Below are positions 26,601 to 38,600 of a DNA stretch of 64,000 bases, in pieces. The notes beneath the pieces are model-generated. The model saw nothing but the letters and a program-made list of their open reading frames with translations. It did not search any database and was not told where the DNA came from. Source of the stretch: Haliotis rufescens (taxonomy: Eukaryota); NCBI RefSeq assembly GCF_023055435.1, contig NW_025964001.1, positions 4,216,001 to 4,280,000 on the forward strand, in the 5' to 3' direction. The first letter of the stretch is position 1. Each line of letters begins with the position of its first letter. The translations under genes were made by a program, and so were the position numbers.

Positions 26601-29600
26601 CAGGATCTCCAGGCGAGGAAGGGAGGAGAAATAGACTCGCTACAATCCAAGTTGACAGCTCAAGAGGCCGAGATGGCTGGGCTGGGAGAGAAGCTGTCTC
26701 AAAGTGAGACCAACTTTGAGACACTGAAATCACAACATGATCACCAGAAAGAACAGTATGAAGCCCAGTGTCAACAGCTGCAGAATCTGACTGAGATCAT
26801 GACATCCAAGGGTGATGAATGGGAGAAGAATAAAAAGGAGCTCAGTGGATCTAACTCCAGCCTGTCGGAAGAAGTTGCAACTCTCAAATCTGAATGTGAA
26901 GATTTGAACAGGAAATTACAACAGGCGCAATCTGCTTTGTCCCAGAGAACAGCAGACATGGAGGAACTTCAGTCCCAACATACTGAGCTCCGTTCAGAAT
27001 CTGAAAAGAACCTTGATACCATGTCTGAGGAGGAGCTTAGTCTGAAGGAGAAACTGAGGCAGATGGAAGATGAGAAGGAGAAATGTGACACTCTGTTGAA
27101 GCAGAAGGATTGTGATAAGGAAAACTTGGTGAAAGAGATGTCCGAAATGAAACAGCAGAATGAACAGATGCAGGCAAAGCTGGACATGATGCAGATGGAC
27201 TTTGAAGACCAGGGTGATGATGTAGGGGATCTCACGGAAAAACTACAACAGGCTCAGCAGGGAGTGGAGGCTCTCAAAAAGACTGTAGAAGAAAAGATGT
27301 CTCAACTTGCCGAAAAGCAGAAAGAAATAATGGCATTATCGGAAGAACTGGAAAAATCCAAGCATGAGCTTTCTGCCATGACCAACACCGTTACTGAGAT
27401 GAAACTTGAAGTTGAACAGCAGACATCCATTTCTCTGGAGAGGAAGTCCAGGATGGAAGAAGAGAGTCAAAATTTCTCTGAACTGTCAAACGAATGTGAT
27501 TGTCTTAAGAAATGCTTGGATGAGGAAACAAGTAAGAACATTGATAATCAAAAGGAAATTGAGAAATTGAACAACTGCCTAAGTGACATGGAAGGCAAAC
27601 TAGCTGTAATGAAGAGTCAGATGGATGTAAAGGAAGAGACTGTCCGTGATCTGGAAGTGAAATGTGCCAGAATGTCAGAGACTGATGACGTGACAAGAAA
27701 AGAGCTTCAGGAGAAGGAACAGCTGGTCGTTAAACAGAAGGATTCCCTGACGTCGCTGGAAGAAAAGCTGAAGGTGCTTGTCTCCGAAAAGGAACAACAA
27801 TCTGCTGAACTTGGGCAGGAACTCCAAACTCTAAAAGGCAAGTGGGATTCTCAGGAAGAAGTGCTTGATGGTAAACAGGAAGAACTGAGCACATTGCAAG
27901 GTCATCACAGTGAGCTCCAAGATGTTTTGCAGAAGACAAAAGATGGTTTGAAACAGAAAAACGAAGAATTAGAGAAAGTCTCTAAGGAATGTGACCGACT
28001 TCAACAGTGCCTTGACAAGGCACAGACTGACATGGAAGAGAAGGACAAATCAATGCAGACAATGAAAGATTCGGTTACATCACTAGAAAGTAAACTTGCA
28101 CAGTATGCCAAGGCCAAAGAGGAAGAAGGTAGCAGGTTAGATCAGGAGTCGAACACTCTCAAATCAAACATGGAAATGCTTCAGATGGATCTTGAAGACA
28201 AAGATGCCTGTATTGAGGACCTCACTATGAAAGTCAATAACCTGCAGGAGACAGTAGATGTACTGAAGAAAGATCATGATACACTGAGTATAAGTAACAA
28301 ACAGCTCCAGGCACAGAGAGACAAGATGGCTGGAGATCTGGAAGAAAGACAGTCGGAAGTTATACAGCTTGCTGCCAGTGTGGAAGAATGTGCCCAAAAA
28401 GCTGGAAATGTCAAAGAAGAACTGCATGGTAAGGTGGCTGCCATCGAGGAACAGAAGGCTCAACTCTTGGCAGAACAAAAGGACATCATCAACAAAATGG
28501 AAAAACTGGAAAATGACCTCAGTGCTAAAGAGGAACAGATTTCAGAGAAGGAATTGCAACTTGAGAATATAAGAATTGAACACAGTGAAACATTGAAAAG
28601 GTTGTCAGACACTGATCTCACATTGTCTGAGTTGAAGAAGCAGATGTCTGATTCAGGAATGTCATTAGAGAGAACATCAGAGGAAAGAAACACCCTTCTC
28701 GAGAAGGTCACTGATCTGGAGAGTGACAGGTCATCACAAGCAGCCAATATTACAGCCTTAGAAAGGAGCATCGATGATAAGCTGAGCGAGATCTGTAATT
28801 TGAGAGCTGTGCTTGATGGCAAAGAAAAGAGCGAGGAAGATTTGAAGACTGAGATTAAGTCCTTGGAAGAAGAAATGGCTCAAAGTAGAAGGTCATTCGA
28901 TGATGACCTGCATGAGAAAGCATCTGCCATTCAAAAACTTGAAGAGAAACTTTCTACACTCGAAGATACTTTGAAGGATGCAAATCATGAAATTAAGGCA
29001 TTGAAATCAGCAAAGGAGTGTCTAGACGAAGCAGCAGACACTGCAGAAGACAATCACAAGGCTAAATACCAGAGACTTGACACGGAGAAGAGTCAGCTGG
29101 AGTGTCGTCTTAAAGAAGCAGAACTGAAAGAGGTTGAGCTGAGAGCAGAAATTAACACTGCTCAGGCTGCCCTTGAGCAAGAGCAGATTCAGAGGCAAGA
29201 GCTGGAGAAAGAGCATGACTCTAACATGGCCAACAAGGGCAAGGAGCAGGAAAAGATGCAGCAAGCTCTGAAAGCACAAGAAACAAGAATAGATGAACTT
29301 CTGGCTGATATATCCACTAAAGATGGAAAACTGTCAGAACTTGAGCAGAAAGTTCTTCAGGAAGCAGATCTCCAGGGTTACTACATGACAAAATATGAAA
29401 CAGACACTGAAAGAAATTCGGCCAAAATGCAAGAAATGGAACAAACTCTGTCTTCACTTGAAAACAAACTGAGTGACAGTGAGGGCAGCAGGTTGCTGTT
29501 GGAGAGAGATAGTTATGACCAGCTTAATCAAAAGGAAACTGAGTTGAAAGAAATGAAAGCAAAACTGGAAACTGAAGAGAACAGAACAAGGAACACTGAA

Positions 29601-32600
29601 CTGCAAAAGGAAGAAGAAATCAAAATACTGAAGAATGATTTGGAATCCAAAAGGGAAGAGGTTCAGTTGGAACTTGAAGTATCAGCTAAGAAGCAGTCTG
29701 ATCTTGAAACTGAGCTTGAATCTCTCAGGAAGCAATATCAGAATCTGCAAGATGCCCACAACAATGCCTCTGTTAAAGGTGCCTCGAACATTGCTGAAGT
29801 GCAGCAGTCCTTGGACTCTCTGCAGGCGGTCAAGGAAGGACTTGAGCAAGAGAAGGAGAAACTGTCTGAGGACCTGGAGCAGCTGCAGCAGCAGCTGGAG
29901 CAGAAGGATCACAGCTTGACGAAGCTGCAGACAGAAGTGGATAACACAAACTTGCTGATGAACAAGACCGAGACAGACTACCTAAGTGAAAAGCAGATGC
30001 TCGAGTCTAAACTTGCTGACATTACTTCTGAGTGTGATCAATTGCAACAAGATCTGAAACATGCTGAAATGAAGATTGAAGCTTTCACATCTGCTGACAA
30101 AGAGAAGGAGGGTGAGTTGTTGACCAAGGTGTCGAAACTCCAGCAACTAGAAGATGAAATGGTTGTTGTTAAAGAAGAAGTGTTGGTGTTAACTTCCAAG
30201 GTTGAAAGTCTTGAAGCCGAAACAGAATCATTGAAAGAACAAAACTCAAAATTAAATGCTGAACTGAAAGACTCATTAACGTCAAGCGCTCTACTTGAAA
30301 AGAAGTTAGCAGATTCTCAAGGTGACCTTGAAACACTGGAGAGGACCTATGAAGAAGCAAGTGCTAAACTAGAGGGGAAAAACTCTGATTTGACAGAACG
30401 GTCCAGTGAGATGAAAACACTCACGTCTGAAAGGGATCACCTGAAAATTCAAGTTGAGAGCACAGAGAAACATCTTGAAGAGGTACAAGCTGAGTACAAA
30501 GATGCTATTCAAGAGTTCAACACAGAAAAGGCATCCTTGGCTGACAAACTGGAGGAGCAGAAACAGCAGGCTGTTGACCTACAGACTCGGATACAGTCCC
30601 ACAACGCAGAGAAGGACATGTTGGAAAACAAGGTCTTGGATCTAGAAGAACAGGTCAAGGCCGTCTCAGCAGAGAACTCGCAACTAGCAGCTGCAGCTGA
30701 TACATCAAACGAACTTGCCAAACACAACAAGTCGAAGGAAGAAGAAGCTGCAGTTGTGATGAAGTCACTGACTACTGAACTTGAACATTTAAAATCTTCT
30801 GTTGAAAGTCTAGAGCAGGAGAAGATTGTACTTGAAGATAAGTGCTCAACATCTGAATCCTGTGCACTGGAAAAAGAGGAACAGATTAAGGCAATGACTG
30901 CAGATTTGAAGAATGTGAGCAAGAAAGTTGAAGAAAGCAATGCTACTGTTGACAGACTTAGGACTGACATTGATAGTTTGAACAAGACCATTGCTGACAT
31001 GGAACTGTCATCGGAGGAGCTGAAGTCTGGGATTCAGCAGGAGAAAGAAAATGTACGATTAAAAGAACTTGAAAAATCTGACCTTGAGAAGAAAGTTACT
31101 CAACTAGAAATGAGAATAGAAGAATTTGCAAGTGAATCAAATGATTCATCGACAATGATGAAAGATATCCTAGAAGATAAGACCTCTCAGATCAATACAC
31201 TCTCTGAAGACATCTGTAATGCAAGGACTGACATTGAAGCTCTAAAGACAGAATTGAAACACAAAGGGGCCTCCCTTGAAATGAAAGAGAAAGAGGTTTT
31301 GAGTACTCAAGAAGAACTGTTGATCGCAGAAAACAACAAACAGTCCTTTGAGGAACAGGTGACAACTCTTCAGGGGGAGAAGGCTGCCCTCCAGGATCAG
31401 GCGCAGAGACTAGAGTCCACCATTAGAGAGATGGAAAGCAGTCAGACTCGCATGGAGGAAGAGATGCAGGGAACGCAGTCGGCACTGCAGAGCACACAAA
31501 CCTTCTCCGACACCATACAGGAGCAGGTGGACCAGCTCACCCAAGACCGGAGTACTATGCAGGATAGTGTGGTCAAACTGAAAGCTGAGAAGGCCGATTT
31601 AGAAGCCAGACTTGAGGCATCCAATCAGGAGACTGAGGACCTGAAGCTTCATCTCCAGCAAGTCAGTGAGCAGAAGACAGAATCTGTTGACAAGTTGAGT
31701 GAGGAGGCTGCCAGTTGCAAAGAAGAAATGGATCTTTTGAGAAAACAGAAAACAGACCTTGAGGCATCCACTAGAACTTTGATGGAGCAAGTTGAAGAAC
31801 TTGAGAAACAACTTGCAGACATCAAGAGCAGTAGCCATGAGGAAAAGGAAAATCGTTCTGAAGAAATTGAAAAGATGTGTGAATCTATGAAGAAACTCAA
31901 TGAGGAGTTATTGCAGAAGGAAACAGAATTAGAAAATGCTTGTAAATGTACCTCTGTGTTGGAAGAGAAATTGAAAGCTTCAGAAACACAAAATTGTCAA
32001 CTAAGAGCTGAAGTTGATGCTAAGATGGCAGATCTTGATGCCATCATTGATGAAAGAGATCACATGTGTAACAAAGTGAAGTCACTTGAGAATGAACTAC
32101 AGATGTTAGAGACAAAGTCCAGCTCCATAAATAGTGAACTGGCAAAAAGAATAGAAGAATTTGATATCGTGAGTGTTGAGAGGATGGAACTTCAAGAGTC
32201 TCTGAAAACTCTCACCAGTGAGAAAGAAGAACTGGATAGGAAGCTTGACATACAACTCACTTTCCTAGAAACAGCTAAAGAGACGATTGAGGAACTACAG
32301 GGTGCCTTGGATTCGCAGTCACTCAGTGAAGCAGAGCACCAAATGCAGGAAGACACTTTCAAGGGGGATATATCAAGACTTGAAAAAGATAAAGAATTAA
32401 TAGAGAAGGAAAAGAAAGAGCTAGAGGAGAAGGTCAAAGATCTGTTGGAAGAAAAGTCTAAGTTTGAGGCGGACAATGAATCATTCATGTCTGCTAACTG
32501 TCAGATGAAGGATCAGGTGAACAGTGCAGAGATGGAAATGGCGGCACTGAGAGAGGGATGCCTGAAGCTGCAGGACTTCATGAAGAAGAATGAAAAGGAC

Positions 32601-35600
32601 AGCAGCAAGAGCAGCGAGAAGCTTCAGGAGACAGAGAAGCTGCTCCAGGTGGCGCACGCCAAGGTGGAGGAGCTAGAGGATCACGCCAAGACGCTCTCTC
32701 AGGACAAGTCTGAGCTGAAGGTGCAGCTGGACACTGTGCTGAAGGAGAAGAGTAGTGCAGAGGCTGACATTGACATGTTCAAAGACGCCATGGAGTCCAT
32801 GGAGATGGAGGTCTCCTCTCTGGAAATGGAGAAGGCTAACTTCAAGACAGAAAGTGAAAGTTTGAAGAAAGAATGTGATGAACTAGTTTGGAAACTTGGT
32901 GAGATGAAAAAGGAACTGGAGAAATTGGAAAGTACGAGAGATGCTGTGGATGAGAAAACTGAAGCTGATTTGCAAAAATTCCGGACTGACAATGAGAGAT
33001 TGAATGTGTGTGTGGAATCACTGAATGCTGAAATAATGGAGAACCAGGAAAGGTATAAGAAGATTTGTGATAGTGAGAATGGATTAAGAGATGATAATAG
33101 AAATCTTAAGACTAAAGTGATGTCACTTGAAAAAGATCTTGAAACAGAAAAATTGAAGTGTCAGTCAGTGGCTGAGGAAATTTCGTCTTTAAAACAAAAT
33201 GTTGACGAAATACAAACAGTTAAATCTCAGGTGGAGAAGAAGTACAGTGCTCTCAGCAAAGAAAATGAAGATCTGCTGAGTCAGTTCCTTGCAATAGAAG
33301 AAAGAACTGGACAACTGTCCAATGAGAAAAGTGCACTCATACTTGAGCTGAAGCAAGAATCAGAGAAGGTAAAGAGGCTTGAGTGTGACCTCCAGAAAGT
33401 GAACCAGTCTCTTCTCAACAGCGAGAAAAAGAAGGAGGAAGCAGAGGACAGTGTGTCGGCCATTGAGATGGAACTTGCGGGAATAACGTCGGAGCGCGAT
33501 GCTCTCCAGAAGCGGGCAGAGTCCAGTGTGGAGATGCAGGAGAAGGAGCAGGCTGAGCTGAAGGACAGGCTGGAGAAGTCGGAGAAGGAGCTGCAGAATG
33601 TCCTCCAGAAGCTGGGGGATGCAGCACACATGGCTGACAAGTATAAGGTAACGACTCTCGCTTGGCATGATCCAGATATATACATGTGTTTGTTCCTGTT
33701 GCCGTGTCCACTGTAATGGCCATCACAGTGGATGGAGGTTTACACTACTGACAAGAATGTGTCAAAGATATAACTATGGAGCTAGGAGTTCTTCCCATAA
33801 TGTCACCCTTCCAGGGACTAACCCATCCAAGTCCCATTTGGTAATGCCCATTCATTGACTAGTATACTAGACAATAACTCACAGTTTGTACCAGTTAGCC
33901 AGTAAGTTTACTCAGATCATTTCTAAGGTAAAAAAACCACAATAAATCAGACTTACTGATGCTTTTTTTGTATGTAAATTCTTTTGTTTGGAATGATAAA
34001 ATTCAAATATAGACTATAAGAGGTCAACACCCGAAAAGAGCAATATTGATCGGAGATGAAATAACCTGAGATGAAGTGAAAAGGCAGATTCAACTTGTCA
34101 AACTATGTTAGCTACAATATCGTCAGGAGGTTCCAACAGACGGAGATATCTAATTGCCTAAGGTTTGGGGAATAATTCACATTGTATTTTGACTAACTCG
34201 TGTCAGTACTGTAAAGTATCTGACCTCACTTGGAGTCAGTATGCGTTTCTGTCAAATGACATGTGACCGCTTTTCAGCCAATGAATATGGCAGAAATCTT
34301 TGCATTATATCACAAAACATTTTACTACATTAATATTAACACATGTATCTTGAAACAGTGGCTGGGTTTTCACAAGGCTTATGGTGTATGGTAGTTAATT
34401 GACCCTACAGTTGTACATGTGCCTTTCATACCGTCGTCCTGACTAACCTCATCATGGCCTTGATCAGGTGGAGTTGGTGAGTCTGAAGGCTGAGGTGGCG
34501 GCTGCAGAGAAGAAAGTGAGTCAGAAGGAGAGTGATCTGGAAAGTTTGATGTCCAAACATCTGGAGGCTGAGAAGCAAGCAGAACAGAGACTTGCAGACT
34601 CCGAGGTCATGTGGGAGGGAAAGATCGCAAACCATGTCGAGCAGGTACATAAATAGTAGCTGGGATTATTGGGTGGGGATTATTAGAGACAATGAGTACT
34701 GTATTTGCTTTCATGTAAAAAGTGCATTATTGAAAATGCTTGAATCTGCTGATTGGGGTTTGAATCCCTGATAGTTGGTCGGCATCATTGATCAAAGTGG
34801 TAAAACATTACAAATGATTCCAGGGTATTTGATTGCCTAACCAAGCAACTTTTTTTAAACAATATATTTCTGGAAACCAAAAAAAAACATCAGGCCATGC
34901 ACCCTAACAGACTACCGTACTGTTTCTTGATTGGTCAATAATAGAATGGGCAGGACTTGTGTTGCACCATTGTACTGAACGTTGTTGCTGGCCTTGTATT
35001 GGTGTCTTCATTCTATTGTTTGTGTGAATGATTAAGTAAGCAGTCGTATGTTGATGTATTATTTAAAAGAATTGACATCAATATTTTTTGCCAAAAACAG
35101 TTTACACTTCAATGATTTTTGCGTCTATGGAGGTAAAAGTGTCAAAATAAATGGTGTCGATACTGTGTTAATATGTGTATCTGAAATACGCAAAGTGTGC
35201 ACACCGGTGATACATATATAAATGCAAAAACATATTGAAGTCAATTCTGAATTAACTCGGACATGTAATACTTTGTTGAACCTGATGTGCTGATAACCGG
35301 GCTGCCATGTGTTTCAGCATGAGAGCAAGGTGACCAGTTTGGAGGGGGAGCTGGAGCGAGTGAGGGCTGCCCTGGGGGAGAGGGAGGAGCTGCTGAGGGG
35401 GGTCAGGTCAACCCTGGGGGAAACACAGACAGACTTGGATGGACTCCGGACGTCGCTGCAGGAGAGGGAAGGGGAGCTTGAGAGTGTAAGGAAATCCCTT
35501 GAGAACAAAGACAGGGAGCTCCTGAAGGCTCGGGAACAGCTGAGCTCTGGTGGAGGACCTTCCAGCAACACAGAGGTGGGTGGTGTGCCTGATGTGCCAG

Positions 35601-38600
35601 GGCAACATGTGATGATCCGGGGTAGAATAGGGCTTCAGCAACCCATGCTTGCCGGCCTGTGAAGATCCGGGGTAGAATAGGGCTTCAGCAACCCATGCTT
35701 GCCGTAAAAGGCGACTATACATGTCATAAGAGGAGACTAACGGTATCAGGTTGTCAGGCTCGTTGACTTGGTGGCATGTCATCGTATTCCAATTGCGTAG
35801 GTCGATGCTCATGATGTCAATCACTGGATTGTCTGGTTCAGACTTTATTATTTACAGACTGCTGTCATATAGTTGGAATAATGCTGAATGCGGCGTTAAA
35901 CAACAAACAAACATTAAGGAATTCACATGCACTTTTATCATTGGTCAGTTTGTCTTGAAATGGTGTTAGTTTGAAAGTATGATAAAATATGTCAATATGT
36001 CACAATTTTATTAACATGTGTCATAAAGCTAACCATATGTTATATCGATTTTGTTTACAACCAAATACTCCCACGTGGGGATTCAAGAACAGAATTAGGT
36101 ACTGTGTTTGTCACAACAGGCGACTATAGTCCACACTGGGTGCAAATTAATGAATGGTAGATGGTGAAAGTGTGTCATTATCCCTGGACAGTATTGATTC
36201 AGGTGACACTTTCAATCTCTAACTAGCCTGTTCCAGGCATGGTCACACTACACGCTGGCTGGCAAGTAGCTGGAATATGTCTAGAATATTTTCATTCACT
36301 TCACAAACTTTTAACCATGTTACTTTTCAGATGTTGCAGAAGTGGGAAAGCCAGTGTTCTAATCTACAATCGCAGTTGTCGGCAGAAAAGATGAAGGTGA
36401 AACGCCTCACTGATCAGCTGAAGAAGGTGAAAGCTCAGACAGAAGATGCTGGCTCACAGGTATAAAGCATAATTAAGCAGGCTTAAGACTTGAAATGTTC
36501 ATGGATGGCAGCCGCTGAGGCTTAGGAACTGGCACAAGGCCTACAATACCTCACATCCAAATACTCAATAATTTCAGCATTTCAATGGATTAGTAGCAAT
36601 TAGTATGTCTTCATGTGTACATTCTCTCAAGAACAGACGGGTTCAAGAGTTTAGTCTGCTTCCTCACCATGGCATCTACTGTTCTTTCATTGGGTACAGG
36701 TGACCCTGTTGTCTAAGGTTCAGAAATTTGCTATGCAGAGTTTTGTCCCTCAGCCATGATAGGATCTGCTAGTCATGTATTTGAACCCGAAACTCACCAG
36801 ATTTATTATCCTTGGTCTGTCAGCACCATGCACGTGAGTTTCACAAAAGTAAATATCTGTGACCTGCATTACCCTGGGGTGATCTCCAACATAAAGTTGA
36901 CAAAGTGACACGGAAATACTGTTAAAGGTGACACTAAGCCAAACCATACATTTACATGTATGACGTCTGGGGCACATTGTCGAGGCAGTTTGTTCAGCCA
37001 TTTTGATAATCGTTGGATGGGAATGTGACAGTCTTGAAACAACAGCACTAGAAATAAGGTGACTAGGTTCACATTCTTTTCAATGTTTTGTCATGTTTTT
37101 ATCATATGTTTCTTCACTTCCTGTGACCATGAGGCTCAGTCAGGTCTGGTTTGTGTTGGCAGACGCTGCAGGAGAAGGTGGATGAGCTATCAAGTCAGCT
37201 GGAAGGACACATACAGAATGAAAAGGAGTCGTGTCGGAAGCAGTTTGCCCTTGTGACCGAGAACAACAAGCTGAAGGCTGACTGTGCCAGACAGAAGGAT
37301 CTCATCTCATCCATGGGTATGTTATCACAGGGAGATGGGAAGGGGGTGAAGGCTATCCTTATATAGTGTGTGTATCTCACTCTGTGACCTATGTTTTGTA
37401 CAACTTATTTCAACTTATTTGTGTGTTATTATTATATATATTTACTCATCATAGAAGTCTGTGTAAAACCTGTTGAGTCAACTAGCCCAAACTCAAGCAA
37501 CATTTTGAAATTTTATTGTTATATGCACTATTATGAGCTGATCTTCTGGACCAAACAGATTTATACTAGACTTGGGTTTCCATCTAGTGGCTGAGGTCAC
37601 AAACTGATATGTTTGCAGATGTTAAAACCATGTAAGAAGATAAGGAGGGTGTTGGGGTCCTTGAGTTTGTGTCTGATGCCCATCATGGGATTGGCCCTCA
37701 GTTGTCTTACTGATGGGGATTTGCTGGTCACAAAGGCTGCTAGGTGTGAATATATGTGCATTGGTGACAGGAGCATAATGGGTCAAGATGTAGATGTGAT
37801 GTTGCTGAGTGTTCCTGGTGAGTGAGTACCAGGTTTGTCGTCAAATGACAGAGAAATGGGATTTCATGCAATCTCTCTCCTCTTCAGCAATTGCAATGAA
37901 GAGCAAGACCATGAGCATCAAGCAGGTGGCGGTGGAAGACCGGAGCAAGATGCCTGACAGTGTGCAGAAGTCAACTGAAACCATGCCTAATGAGGCAATG
38001 GTTCCTGCAGCAAATGCAGATATGACCACACCAGACCAAAAACATAATAACACTCGAAACATTGGTCTTAATTCTACAGAGAATGAGAGAAAAACACGAC
38101 TCAGGACAATAAAGGCTCCAAGTGTAACCAGAAAATGTGCTTCGAGAGAGGTGACTCCTAATTCTAAAGATGTGTCGCAAACAGAGACATCCGAGGTTCC
38201 GTGTAAAACAAGAAAATGTACGCCAACAGAGACTAATCCATCCAACAAGTTAGAAAAGAGGTCAAGGTTGCAGAAAATGCCAGCACCAAGTGTGGTGAAA
38301 AAATGTGCCTCAAGGGAGGTAACCCCGAACAAACTGTGTACAGACCCAGCACCATCTGACAGATGTGCTTCCAAACAAAAGACTCCTGAGTCTAGAGACA
38401 CAAGCAGCCAGCTGACGGTCAAGAGGACTTCACTGCCTAAGCGGAAGAGTGATCAAAGCGAAGATGTAATTGCACCGAAAAGACGCAAGGAAGGACCAAG
38501 TCAAGACAAGCTTGATGCACCAGGTAACATTTAGTGGTGGGACGATACAACGATGCATCAATGGATCGCGATATTTTACTATCACAGTCTCACACTAAGT

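Noticed and set aside
26370-33716. 2448-aa ORF as a standalone intronless gene (myosin, golgin or SMC-like)
   Set aside because: It is bounded by splice sites in phase with neighbouring CENPF exons, and its ORF termini read as intronic sequence.
26527-33726. Many minus-strand ORFs over the giant exon (also over 22025-23428 and the ASPP exons)
   Set aside because: S/F/L-rich antisense shadows of E/K/Q-rich codons with no recognisable domains.
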